Source of the DNA: Polyangiaceae bacterium
Lineage (GTDB): Bacteria > Myxococcota_A > Polyangia > Polyangiales > Polyangiaceae
Assembly: GCA_044376115.1 (NCBI GenBank)
Contig: JBILLK010000011.1
Coordinates: 192,001 to 256,000, forward strand
Direction: 5' to 3'
Length of the DNA stretch: 64,000 nucleotides
Made by a program: the position numbers and the translations under genes. Numbering within the stretch: the first letter of the stretch is position 1; every line of letters starts with the position of its first letter. Below, piece by piece: positions 1 through 9,577 of this stretch. Under the pieces are notes generated by a model, which saw only the letters and a program-made list of their open reading frames with translations, did not search any database and had not been told where the DNA came from.

Positions 1-768
1 ATCCTTTTTCGCGACATCAACATGACGCGAACCTTCATCGACCAGTATTTCTCACGGCGGTTGATCGCTCGCAGCGGCATCATCATCAACACCGGGGAAG
101 ACAACTACCTGACTACAGCAGACGCTGTCGAGCGGGCGCATACGGTGCTTGCGTCCCAGTTCATCAACGAGGCCTTTGCGCACAACGCCGGCGTACTGCC
201 GGAGAAAATGGGGCTCGGTCACGCCTACGAAATCGATCCGTGGCTCGAAGACAGCTTCTTGCTCGAGGTCGCGCAGGCCCAGCTGATCCGCCAAATCTTC
301 GATAAGCATCCGATCAAATGGATGCCGCCGACCAAGTTCAAGACCGGGGACATCTTCCACAGTCATGTGCACGACGCGATGTTCAACCTCGTTGGCGTGA
401 TGACCAATCAGTCGATCGAACTCTTGGGCATGTTCAGCGAGGCCATCCACACGCCGCTTCTGATGGATCGCTATTTGTCGCTCAAGAGCGCTAAGTACAT
501 CTTCAATACGGCCAAGCATCTCTCGGACGAGATCGAGTGGAAGCCTAGCGGAATCGTCTCTGAGCGTGCGAAGACAATCCTTCATGAGGCCCACACGCTG
601 CTTGAAGACGTCCATGCCCGCTCGATTTGGGACGCCATTGGGGTCGGCGTCTTTGCTGACATCAAACGCACTCGCACCGGTGGCAAAGGCTACGCAGGGG
701 TCGTCAAACGGGACTCGGCCTACTTGAATCCGCTGCTCAGCGTGCTCGAAGGAAAGGAGTCGGTCTGA
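1..768 (+). CDS. kamD: Lysine 5,6-aminomutase alpha subunit (5'-truncated by window edge)
   Basis: Frame open from base 1 (ILFRDINMTRTFIDQYFSR, IINTGEDNYLTTADA, KWMPPTK); TGA overlaps ATG of the beta subunit gene. Confidence 0.92.
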   Translation: MLFRDINMTRTFIDQYFSRRLIARSGIIINTGEDNYLTTADAVERAHTVLASQFINEAFAHNAGVLPEKMGLGHAYEIDPWLEDSFLLEVAQAQLIRQIFDKHPIKWMPPTKFKTGDIFHSHVHDAMFNLVGVMTNQSIELLGMFSEAIHTPLLMDRYLSLKSAKYIFNTAKHLSDEIEWKPSGIVSERAKTILHEAHTLLEDVHARSIWDAIGVGVFADIKRTRTGGKGYAGVVKRDSAYLNPLLSVLEGKESV

Positions 769-1523
769 TGCTGCGTTCAAAAGCAGGTGGTCGGGTGCTG
801 CGCGCCTATGGGGACCGTGAAGGGGACGGCATGGTCCAGCTCTCCTTCACCTTGGCCATCCTTCCCGGGGACCGCGCGCGTGAGGCGGCCAAGCGCTTCG
901 CAGAGGCCCACGGTCTATTGAACCCACTGATCGTGACGATGGAGCAGGCCTCGCCGGAGCACAGCTACTTCGTCGCCTATGGTCACTCGCAGCACTCGGT
1001 GGATGTCGACGCCATTCACGTTGAAGAACTGAGCGCCAAAGAGCTGAGCCGTGAAGACATCGAGGCCTCCGCCAAGAAGCTCGGCCGCAAGATCGTCGTG
1101 GTGGGTGCTTGCACCGGCAGTGACGCGCACACCGTCGGGATCGACGCCATCATCAACTACAAGGGTTATCGTGGTGACAAAGGGCTGGAGAGCTACAAGT
1201 CCTTCGACGCTCACAACTTGGGAGCTCAAGTCGAGAACGAGGAACTCGTGGAACGCGTGCTCGCGTTAGGCGCAGACGCCGTGCTCGTCTCGCAGATCAT
1301 CACCCAGCGCGATTGCCACAAGGAGAACGGCCGTGCGCTCGTCGAGATGGTGGAGAAACGCGGCTTCCGCGAGCGCGTGTTGCTGCTGTTCGGAGGCCCG
1401 CGCATCGACAACAAGCTCGCTCGGGAGCTTGGATTTGACGCCGGGTTTGGTCCCGGCACGCTGCCTTCCAACGTCGCCGCTTACGTTGTTTCCGAGGTCT
1501 TGCGAAAAGAAGGCCTCGAGTAA
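768..1523 (+). CDS. kamE: Lysine 5,6-aminomutase beta subunit (cobalamin-binding)
   Basis: AYGD...DGMVQLSFTL dimerisation region; DAHTVGIDAI B12-binding DxHxxG motif; GFDAGFGPGT. Confidence 0.92.
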   Translation: MLRSKAGGRVLRAYGDREGDGMVQLSFTLAILPGDRAREAAKRFAEAHGLLNPLIVTMEQASPEHSYFVAYGHSQHSVDVDAIHVEELSAKELSREDIEASAKKLGRKIVVVGACTGSDAHTVGIDAIINYKGYRGDKGLESYKSFDAHNLGAQVENEELVERVLALGADAVLVSQIITQRDCHKENGRALVEMVEKRGFRERVLLLFGGPRIDNKLARELGFDAGFGPGTLPSNVAAYVVSEVLRKEGLE

Positions 1524-1534
1524 GCCGAATCGGC

Positions 1535-2275
1535 CTATTGCGTGAGCTTGTGGTACGCGGCGGAGAGGCGCGCGACGCGCTCGGTGCGCAGCGCGCGCTC
1601 GGCGTCGGAGCTGGCGTGGTCCGGGTGCAAGGCGGCTACGGCTTTGCGGAAGGCGCTCTTGATCGCGAGCAGGTCGGCATCGCTGGTGAGCCCCAGGCTC
1701 GAGAGCGCACGTCGACGCTCATGTTCGATCTCACCGGAGTTGGTAGCGTTGTTCGCTTCGTTGGCGCGAGTTCGCGCACGAGGACGTCCTTCGAGAAATT
1801 CGCGCGGGGTCATGCGTGTGCCGCGCGGTCCAGCGCGAAACCAGCGGCGCAACTTCTCGCTCTCGAGCATGGCGGTGCGAAACCGAATGGTCCCATCGTG
1901 CAGCGCAAAAAGCGCCTCCAAGCGGAGCTTGGTCTGCTGACGAAGGGCCGCTTCAACCGCCTGCTTGTCGGTGCCGAGGTCCTCGAGAATTTCGCCAAAC
2001 AGCCGAGGGTCTCCCTCGCTCTGCAAGTGCGCCGCCTCTTCGATCCGAGCGCTCCCCAGCATGCCGCCCAAACGCTCGTTGTCTTCACCCAGGACCATCG
2101 CCGGCGAGCCGTTCAACACCAGGATGCGCGCCGAACTCCCGTCGACGCCCTGAATCTCGAGCACCCCGCTCGCTCCCGAGCGGTGCAGCTTCCCAAGGAC
2201 ATCCCCCAGCGTCGTGTCGCGAAGTCGGGCCGGTAAGGAGGCGATGCCGTTGGAGCTCTTGCGAGGGTGCTGCAT
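1535..2275 (-). CDS. DUF4388-like N-terminal domain plus C-terminal DnaJ (J) domain protein
   Basis: GRLFGEIL-type segment; C-terminal LGL...IKSAFRKAVAALHPD J-domain with HPD motif; start uncertain (2275 or 2365). Confidence 0.75.
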   Translation of the reverse strand: MQHPRKSSNGIASLPARLRDTTLGDVLGKLHRSGASGVLEIQGVDGSSARILVLNGSPAMVLGEDNERLGGMLGSARIEEAAHLQSEGDPRLFGEILEDLGTDKQAVEAALRQQTKLRLEALFALHDGTIRFRTAMLESEKLRRWFRAGPRGTRMTPREFLEGRPRARTRANEANNATNSGEIEHERRRALSSLGLTSDADLLAIKSAFRKAVAALHPDHASSDAERALRTERVARLSAAYHKLTQ

Positions 2276-2495
2276 CCCTTGCGCGTAGCGCTTTCGATGC
2301 CGGTCGGGAAAGTTTCGTACAGGTCGCTCAACGTGGGCACGGGACCTGGATCCGCCGTTATCCAACTTTGGACGGATATGGACTCATGCTGCCCCACATC
2401 CCCTTGGCGCGATGGCGTTGCGCCTGGGATTTAGCGCTGATGTAGGACATTAAGACCGCTACCCGCGTTGGTCTGCATCATGCTTAGCTGAGGGC

Positions 2496-4130
2496 ATGGC
2501 TCTTTCTTTCCTGCGCGCTCTCGGCGGACTGACCCTCGTGATGGCTGGTGCTGGCTGCGCCACGACCGACACGCTGACCGATGGCAGCGGTTCCTCGACG
2601 AGTTCGGGCAACGACCCACAGGGAAATGAAGACGGCATTTGTCTGCTGCACAACTGCAACAGCGACGCCGAGTGCGGCGCCTGCTCCGACGGGCGCAACA
2701 CCTGCTTGGAGGCAGAGCACCGCTGCGTGGCTTGCAACGCCGATACCGGAACCGGTTGCCCCGAAGGCCAATACTGTTCGAGCTGGGGCAACTGTGTCGA
2801 CGAGGGGCTCGAGTGCCCCACCGATGACCACGGTGTGCCGCAGATTAGCTGCGCCCAAAACGGGGACTGCGCGGCGTGCGACCCGATGCACCAGATTTGC
2901 GATCCCGTGACTGCCACCTGCGTGGCGTGCACGTCGGGTGACACCAGCGCCTGTCAATCCACCGATATTTGCATCCACAACGAGTGCTCTGCGGAGTGCC
3001 CGACCGACTGTTCGGTGGACAACGATTGCGCCCAGTGCGGTTCCGCCGCTGCGCCGGCCCACGCTTGCAATCACGGCATTTGCTCCGAGTGTTCGGCCAC
3101 CTACGCCTGCCCGGCCGGCTTGAAGTGTTCCGAACAGGGCGTGTGCCAGGATGTCTGCGGTACCGACGGCGACGGGACCTGCACGACCAACGCCGACTGT
3201 GATGGCTGCGGTGCTGACAACGGCGTGTGCCACAAGCCGATCAACAGCAGCGTCGGGCAATGCGGAGTCTCTGCTAACGGTTGCTCGGATCTCGGCCAAG
3301 GCGTGGCCGTTTTGCCCGAGCCGTTCGATCAGGTGACCAACCTCTGCTCGAACGACGGTGATTGTGCCGGCGTTGGCATCACCTTCAACGTTGGCGAGCT
3401 GCTGCGCGACATCACCGGCATCAACGACATCGGTGACGCCAACATCGAATACGGGATGAACGTGTGCGCCTCTGTCGAGGTGGCCAACAACTCGTGCGGC
3501 GTGTGCGTGCCCTGTCGTGTGGACTCGGACTGTGCGCCGATCAACATCGACGAGGTGGCAGGCGAGGCCTTCGGGCCGATTGGCAGCTTGGCCGCAGCCT
3601 TCTTGCTCGACCAGGTGTTTGGACCCAACGAGCACGCGGTGCAGATGTACTGCTCGACGGTGGCCGGTGACTACGGCGTGTGCGCCCCGTGCCCTGGGAT
3701 CATCTACGAGTGTGGAACCACCACGGGTGGCGGCGGCGGGACCGGCTCTTGCGACCATGACGTCTGCACGGCTGGTACGGCGCTCGACGGTTCGTGCGAC
3801 AGCTGCGCCGCCGATGTTTGCGCGCAAGACAGCTTCTGCTGCTCCAACGAGTGGGATCAGCAGTGCATCAACGAGGCGACCGACATCTGCGGTCAGTGCG
3901 GCGGGACCGGAACGGGTGGAGGTGGCACCGGCGGCGGTACTGGCGCGGGTGGTAGCAGCGGCACCGGAGGCGGCAGCAACTGCCACGACGTTTGTGTGGC
4001 GGGCGCTGCGCTGGACACCAACTGCAGCACGTGTTCGGCCAACGTCTGTGCTCAAGACCCTTATTGTTGCACCACGGAGTGGGACTCGGTCTGCGTTGGG
4101 TACGTTGAAGACTTCTGCGGCGGTTGCTGA
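2496..4130 (+). CDS. Cysteine-rich lipoprotein with two C-terminal Cys/Trp repeats
   Basis: Signal peptide with AGC lipobox; very Cys-rich; two HDVC..G.AL...C..C...VCAQD..CC...WD..C repeats; GC3-biased codons. Confidence 0.8.
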   Translation: MALSFLRALGGLTLVMAGAGCATTDTLTDGSGSSTSSGNDPQGNEDGICLLHNCNSDAECGACSDGRNTCLEAEHRCVACNADTGTGCPEGQYCSSWGNCVDEGLECPTDDHGVPQISCAQNGDCAACDPMHQICDPVTATCVACTSGDTSACQSTDICIHNECSAECPTDCSVDNDCAQCGSAAAPAHACNHGICSECSATYACPAGLKCSEQGVCQDVCGTDGDGTCTTNADCDGCGADNGVCHKPINSSVGQCGVSANGCSDLGQGVAVLPEPFDQVTNLCSNDGDCAGVGITFNVGELLRDITGINDIGDANIEYGMNVCASVEVANNSCGVCVPCRVDSDCAPINIDEVAGEAFGPIGSLAAAFLLDQVFGPNEHAVQMYCSTVAGDYGVCAPCPGIIYECGTTTGGGGGTGSCDHDVCTAGTALDGSCDSCAADVCAQDSFCCSNEWDQQCINEATDICGQCGGTGTGGGGTGGGTGAGGSSGTGGGSNCHDVCVAGAALDTNCSTCSANVCAQDPYCCTTEWDSVCVGYVEDFCGGC

Positions 4131-4200
4131 GCGTCCGCCCGTCAGGTCTGCGTTCGCGGCTGCGTCGAGCGTAAGCGTTCGTCCCGTCTTCACATCGATT

Positions 4201-4265
4201 GTTCCGCTGGGGTCTCTCTGTTAGAGACCCAGCTCTTTCGATCGTGAGGCGATCGAAACAGGAAC
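4201..4265 (+). promoter_or_regulatory. Candidate structured RNA leader (three-way junction) upstream of metG
   Basis: GTTCC/GGAAC closing stem encloses hairpins GCTGGGGTCTCT/AGAGACCCAGC and TTTCGATCG/CGATCGAAA; GGAG at 4270-4273. Confidence 0.5.
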
Positions 4266-4278
4266 GTTCGGAGACCGA

Positions 4279-6327
4279 ATGAAACGCTTGCTCGTCACGA
4301 GTGCGCTGCCTTACGCCAACGGCCACATCCACCTCGGCCACATGGTCGAGTACCTGCAGACCGATATTTGGGTTCGCGCAGCGCGGATGAACGGCCGCCA
4401 CACGGTGTACGTCTGCGCCGACGACACCCACGGTACCGCCATCATGATCCGAGCGCGCCAAGAAGGTCGCACGCCGGAGCAGGTGATCGCCGACATGAGC
4501 GTCGCTCATCAGGAAGACTTTGCCGCCTTCGGCATCGAGTTCGATCACTACGGCAGCACGCACAGTGAGGAGAACCGGCAGTTCTCCGAGCACATCTGGA
4601 AGTCGTTCGTGAAGGAAGGGCTGGTGACGAAGAAGCTCGTCAAGCAGCTGTTTGACCCGGTCGAGAAGATCTTCCTCGCGGATCGATTCGTCAAAGGGAG
4701 CTGCCCCAACTGCAAGTCGGAGAACCAATACGGAGACAACTGCGACAAGTGCGGCGCGACCTACGAGGCGACGGAGCTCGGCTCACCCAAGAGCACGCTC
4801 TCCGGCGCGACGCCGGAGTTGCGCGAGGCCGATCATCTGCTCATCGACATCGAACGCGAGCGAGCTTGGTTGACCGAGTACACCCAAGGCGAAGGGCGCA
4901 TGCCCAAGGAGATCGCCAACTACTTGATGGGCTTCTTCTTGGGCCAGCCGCTCCATAGCTGGGACGTCTCGCGGCCTGCTCCCTACTTCGGCTTCGAGAT
5001 CCCGGATGAGCCCGGCAACTTCTTCTACGTCTGGTTCGATGCGCCGATTGGTTATCTCGCTGCGACCCAGCAGTGGTGCGCCAAGTCGGGTGAGAGCCTC
5101 GAGCAATGGTTGCACTCGGAGGAGACCGAGATCGTCCACGTGATCGGCAAGGACATCGTGAAGTTTCACACGCTGTTCTGGCCGGTGATGTTGAAGCTCG
5201 GCGGGTTCTCGTTGCCGAAGCGCATCCAGGTCCACGGTTTTCTGACCGTGAACGGCCAGAAGATGAGCAAGCGAGACGGCACGTTCGTGTTGGCCTCCAC
5301 CTTCCGCAAGCACCTCGATGTAGGCGCGCTTCGCTACTACTACGCAACCAAGCTCTCGGCGAAGGTCGACGATATCGATCTCAACCTCGAGGACTTCGTG
5401 CAGCGCGTGAACGCCGAGTTGGTGAACAAGGTCGTCAACTTGGTGAGCCGGTCTTCCAAGTTCATCGGTGACGGCTTCGCTAGCACGTACCCCGAGGACG
5501 GAGGTCTTTTCGCGGCCGCGGCTGCTGCCGGAGAGGAGATTCGCGAGGCCTACGAGAGCTGGGATTTCGCTCGCGTGACCCGTTTGGTGATGGGCCTCGC
5601 CGATCGTGCGAATGAGTTCATCGACAAGGCGCAACCCTGGGCGCTGGCCAAGCAAGAAGGCAAGCAGGCGGAGGTCAAGAACGTCGCTTCGATCGCGCTC
5701 AACCTCTTCCACCAGATCATCGTGTATCTCGCTCCCATCGTTCCGGCTTTGGCTGAACGCACAGGTGAGCTTCTCGGAAAGCCCATTCGCAGTTTCGACG
5801 AGGCCAAGACAGCGCTCGTCGGCTCGGCTGTGGGCAGTTATCAGCACTTCATGAAACGGATTGATCCGGAGGCAGTGACCCGTATGGTTGATGAATCAAA
5901 ACCCACCGAAACGCCTGTTGAGGCGGCAGCTGCCGCTGCACCTGCTGCTCCGACCGCGGTCGAGGATGACGGCAGCGCGCTCGAGAAGGAGCCGCTCGCG
6001 CCTACGTGTACGATCGACGACTTCAGCAAGGTTGATCTGCGGGTGGCACGCATCGTCGCTGCTGAGGCCGTCCCCGAGGCCAAGAAGCTTCTGCGACTGA
6101 CCGTAAGTCTCGGCGGCGGTACCACGCGCAACGTGTTTGCCGGCATCAAGGCCTACTACAAGGCGGAAGACCTCGTGGGCCGGCTGGTGATCATCTGCGC
6201 GAACCTCGCTCCGCGGCAGATGAAGTTTGGGCTATCGGAGGGCATGGTGTTGGCGGCCGGCGCGGAAGGCGAGGCCTACGTGCTCTCGCCCGACTCTGGC
6301 GCCAAGGCTGGGCAGCGGGTCCACTGA
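4279..6327 (+). CDS. metG: Methionyl-tRNA synthetase
   Basis: [15 protein letters not shown] (HIGH), zinc knuckle [24 protein letters not shown]-terminal tRNA-binding OB domain. Confidence 0.98.
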   Translation: MKRLLVTSALPYANGHIHLGHMVEYLQTDIWVRAARMNGRHTVYVCADDTHGTAIMIRARQEGRTPEQVIADMSVAHQEDFAAFGIEFDHYGSTHSEENRQFSEHIWKSFVKEGLVTKKLVKQLFDPVEKIFLADRFVKGSCPNCKSENQYGDNCDKCGATYEATELGSPKSTLSGATPELREADHLLIDIERERAWLTEYTQGEGRMPKEIANYLMGFFLGQPLHSWDVSRPAPYFGFEIPDEPGNFFYVWFDAPIGYLAATQQWCAKSGESLEQWLHSEETEIVHVIGKDIVKFHTLFWPVMLKLGGFSLPKRIQVHGFLTVNGQKMSKRDGTFVLASTFRKHLDVGALRYYYATKLSAKVDDIDLNLEDFVQRVNAELVNKVVNLVSRSSKFIGDGFASTYPEDGGLFAAAAAAGEEIREAYESWDFARVTRLVMGLADRANEFIDKAQPWALAKQEGKQAEVKNVASIALNLFHQIIVYLAPIVPALAERTGELLGKPIRSFDEAKTALVGSAVGSYQHFMKRIDPEAVTRMVDESKPTETPVEAAAAAAPAAPTAVEDDGSALEKEPLAPTCTIDDFSKVDLRVARIVAAEAVPEAKKLLRLTVSLGGGTTRNVFAGIKAYYKAEDLVGRLVIICANLAPRQMKFGLSEGMVLAAGAEGEAYVLSPDSGAKAGQRVH

Positions 6328-6334
6328 GCACGTC

Positions 6335-7177
6335 ATGGGCAAGCTCGACGGCAAAGTAGCGATCGTCACCGGCGGCGCCGGCGGGCTTGGCAGCGCGCTC
6401 GCGCTGCTGTTCGTGCAAGAAGGCGCGAAGGTCGTGCTGTGCGATCCCGGCGTTGAACAAGACGGTACGGGCGGAGACCCAGCGCGGGTCGCTGCGCTGG
6501 CCGCACGGATCGAGGCCGAGGGCGGGGAGGCGCGCGCGAGCGCGGCTCCCGCGCACACGGCCGAGGGCGCGAGCGAGGTGGTTACGCTCGCCGAAGAGGC
6601 GTTTGGTCGAGTGGACGTGCTGGTGAACTGCGCCGGCATCCGCTTGAACCGCACGCTGTCGAAGATGACGGGCGAGGACTTCAACGCGGTGCTCGACGCC
6701 CAGCTGCTTTCCACCTTTCACATGAGCCAGGCTGCGGTCAAAGCCATGCTCCGGCACGGTGATGGTGGTCGCATCGTGAACGTGACTTCCGCTGCCGGCT
6801 TCTTCGGCAACAAGGAGCAGGCGAACTTTGCTGCAGCGAGTGCCGGCGTCTACGCGCTCACCCGGACGCTGGCGATCGAACTCCAACGGCAAAGGATCTT
6901 CGTCAACGCGTTGTCACCTGTCGCAAAGACGCGCCTGACCGAGGATTTACCGATGTTCGAGCACACCGAGACGTTGACCCCCGCGCATGTGGCCCCGGCC
7001 GGGCTCTTCCTCGCGTGCGACCTTTCGGGTGAACGCACCGGCGTGGTGCTCGCGGTCTCAGGGTCGCAGCTTTACACCTTCAAACTCGTGCAAACGCCGG
7101 GCAAGTTCAAAGACGCCAACGCTCCTTGGTCCGCCGAGGAGGTCGCCGAACATTGGGACGCGATCTCCAAGGGCTGA
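6335..7177 (+). CDS. SDR family oxidoreductase with atypical active site
   Basis: TGGAGGLG Rossmann motif, VNCAG, NVTS; usual YxxxK position reads FAAAS. Confidence 0.85.
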   Translation: MGKLDGKVAIVTGGAGGLGSALALLFVQEGAKVVLCDPGVEQDGTGGDPARVAALAARIEAEGGEARASAAPAHTAEGASEVVTLAEEAFGRVDVLVNCAGIRLNRTLSKMTGEDFNAVLDAQLLSTFHMSQAAVKAMLRHGDGGRIVNVTSAAGFFGNKEQANFAAASAGVYALTRTLAIELQRQRIFVNALSPVAKTRLTEDLPMFEHTETLTPAHVAPAGLFLACDLSGERTGVVLAVSGSQLYTFKLVQTPGKFKDANAPWSAEEVAEHWDAISKG

Positions 7178-7254
7178 CCCCACGGCGCTCGCATCGGTTC
7201 TCGCATCGCAGGCCAACCGCGTCGGTTCGTTGGTCTGCGCCAACCAAAACCTAG

Positions 7255-7638
7255 CTACCGATACGGCGTCTCTTTGGGCGCCGTGCTGGTATCCACGATC
7301 ACGAACCCCTCCTTCTTGTTCGGGAGCTCCTCGAGCGAAGCAGGGTCCTTCACGTACCACTCCACCCAGCCGCAGCCGATACACGCGTAGGCCTCGAACA
7401 CTCCGAATACGCGGCTGCGCCAGATGCTTGGTTTGGCCAGCGCCAATTCGCTGGGGCCGCCATCTGCGCGGTCGAGCACGGTGGGCGCATGAAGGAAGCG
7501 CCGCCCGCTGCAGGCCGGGCAGGCGCCCTGCTGGCGCAAGGTAGGTGTGCCGCGGTGCTGCACAGTGAGTTCTGCTCGCAGCCGCGCGATTTCTTGTTCC
7601 AGTGCGCTAAGCCGCAGTGCCATCGCTTCATCGCTCAT
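7255..7638 (-). CDS. Small hypothetical protein with coiled coil and C4 zinc ribbon
   Basis: CPAC...CIGC pair; start trimmed to MSDEAM to avoid overlap with the divergent gene. Confidence 0.65.
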   Translation of the reverse strand: MSDEAMALRLSALEQEIARLRAELTVQHRGTPTLRQQGACPACSGRRFLHAPTVLDRADGGPSELALAKPSIWRSRVFGVFEAYACIGCGWVEWYVKDPASLEELPNKKEGFVIVDTSTAPKETPYR

Positions 7639-7801
7639 GAGGCGAATCGCTAGCTGGGCCGCGGTGGCGCCGGTATCGGTTTTGTCAGCCGCCGCCCCAT
7701 CGGCCTCCGCCGAAATGAAGGTTATCTGAGGCTCGCTACGTTGCTGGGGTGGGGTCCGGGTGGTAGCTTGAACAGGCTCAACCCCAAGTTTCCACCGAAC
7801 C

Positions 7802-9577
7802 ATGTCCCGAGAATTCACCATCCCCCTCGCCCTTTGGGCCTGTGCGGCGCTCGTCGCGCACGCGGCCATTGGTGGTGGGGCTGTGACGGTGACCCACATC
7901 GAGGAGAAGAAAGCCAAGGAGCGGGCTGAAATCCGCGACATGGTTCAGAACGTTCGGCGGGGGTTAGGCGGCGTGGAGATTGAGATCGGCGACACCACCC
8001 CGTGGAAGCCACGCGAAGAGAAGCCCAAGGAGTCGAGCCCCACGTTGAGCGCGCTCGGCAAACTCGGAGAGCTGGTGGCGGCAACGGACTCGCCCGAGTT
8101 CCAGGCCGAAGTAGAAAAGATCAAGAAGGAGCTCGAGAAGAAGGCTCCTCCGAAGGAAGAGAAGCCGGAGGAGAAGCTCCCGGAGCCCGAGAAGAAGGCC
8201 GAGCCGGAGGAGAAGCCAGCGGAGGCTGCCAAGCCGATGCAGGTCGTCGCGATGCCCGACGACAACCGCATCAAGATTCGCCAGGCGGCCCAGTCGGAGA
8301 AAGACAACCCCAACGCGCCACGGCTGGCCGAACACGCGCTGAGCGTCGAAGAAGAGACCATCGCGAAGGCCCGGTCGAATGACACGGTGTCGGAGAATCC
8401 TTCGCTCGGGTCGAATCAGGAGGGCCCCAAAGAGAAAGAAGGCAACTCCACCGATGAGGTGAATGGGCAAGCGGAGGACCGAGCAGGCGACAAGCGCAAG
8501 GCTCCGGGGAACGCCGCTGACCGCGCGCTCGCCGAGAAGGGGCGCAACGCCGCGGCCGGGAGTGAGAAGGCGTCTGGCGCTGCCGCGGGCGGTCAAGCGG
8601 GGAAGACCCCGACGGCAGCTGCATCGCCCGCTCAGGCCGCTGCAGAGGGTGGGCGCGAGAACGCTGCACACGAGCATGTCCACGGTGAGCAGAGCGCGTG
8701 GGATCTGCAAGAGGCTGCACCGGGTGGTGACGGCTCTGGCGACAAAGCCGGGTTTGGGCAGCTTGCTGTGGCGGGCGCGCGCGTTTCGGTTCCGTTCCGT
8801 ATTCCGCGTGCACCGGGCATCGGCGGCGGGCCTGGCGGAGAGGGCACCGGGTTCGATCTCGATTGGACGCAGTTCGCCTCGGCGGTGGGTCAGGCCGAGC
8901 TCGATCAACAGCAGGCGCGCATCGGAGCCAGCGTCCGAAGTCAACGCAAAGGTCGCTTCGACTCGGAGAAGTTTCAGCGTTGGCTACCCGACATCGAGAA
9001 CTACGACCCCGCGGTGAAGCTTGGCAATCAGACCAAGCTCAACGCCGCGCAATCGGTGTTCGCTACGTATCTATCCACCATTCACAACGCCATTCACCCC
9101 ATCTTCGCCGATGAGTTTCTATCGTCGTTGAACAAGCTCGGAAAAAATCATGAGCTAAATGGCGACGTCGTTACCCACGTAGAGATCATCCTCTCAAAGG
9201 ATGAAGGCCGAGTGGTTCGCATGGGCATCACGCGCAACAGCGGATTCACTCTGTTTGATGCGGCTGCGCTCGAAGCAATCGACCGGGCTCAGCCGTTTGG
9301 TCTGGTTGCGCCTGACGCGATTGTTTCGCCTGACGGTAACGTGTACTTGCATTGGGAGTTCCACCGCGATCCGGTGGATGCCTGCTCCACGCGCAACGCC
9401 AGCCCCTTCATTCTCGCTCAGCCGAAACCCATCAAATCCAATCTCCCAAAGCGGAAGCCGAAGCGACTGAAGAAGCCTGCGAAGGGTGAGGATGGCACGA
9501 CCGCCGTCCAACCCGGCAGTGAAGCGGCTCCGCCCAGCACTCCGACAGAGCCGCTGGTTCCACGTCGAAAGAAATGA
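7802..9577 (+). CDS. TonB C-terminal domain protein (TonB/TolA-like)
   Basis: N-terminal TM anchor, long E/K/P-rich linker, C-terminal RNSGFTLFDAAALEAIDRAQPF motif. Confidence 0.75.
   Translation: MSREFTIPLALWACAALVAHAAIGGGAVTVTHIEEKKAKERAEIRDMVQNVRRGLGGVEIEIGDTTPWKPREEKPKESSPTLSALGKLGELVAATDSPEFQAEVEKIKKELEKKAPPKEEKPEEKLPEPEKKAEPEEKPAEAAKPMQVVAMPDDNRIKIRQAAQSEKDNPNAPRLAEHALSVEEETIAKARSNDTVSENPSLGSNQEGPKEKEGNSTDEVNGQAEDRAGDKRKAPGNAADRALAEKGRNAAAGSEKASGAAAGGQAGKTPTAAASPAQAAAEGGRENAAHEHVHGEQSAWDLQEAAPGGDGSGDKAGFGQLAVAGARVSVPFRIPRAPGIGGGPGGEGTGFDLDWTQFASAVGQAELDQQQARIGASVRSQRKGRFDSEKFQRWLPDIENYDPAVKLGNQTKLNAAQSVFATYLSTIHNAIHPIFADEFLSSLNKLGKNHELNGDVVTHVEIILSKDEGRVVRMGITRNSGFTLFDAAALEAIDRAQPFGLVAPDAIVSPDGNVYLHWEFHRDPVDACSTRNASPFILAQPKPIKSNLPKRKPKRLKKPAKGEDGTTAVQPGSEAAPPSTPTEPLVPRRKK

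Noticed and set aside
2484..4193. 569-aa minus-strand ORF and similar long antisense ORFs (4783-5847, 35369-36676, 45050-46378, 29353-30576)
   Set aside because: Shadow ORFs opposite well-supported genes; expected from GC3-biased codon usage; no recognisable motifs
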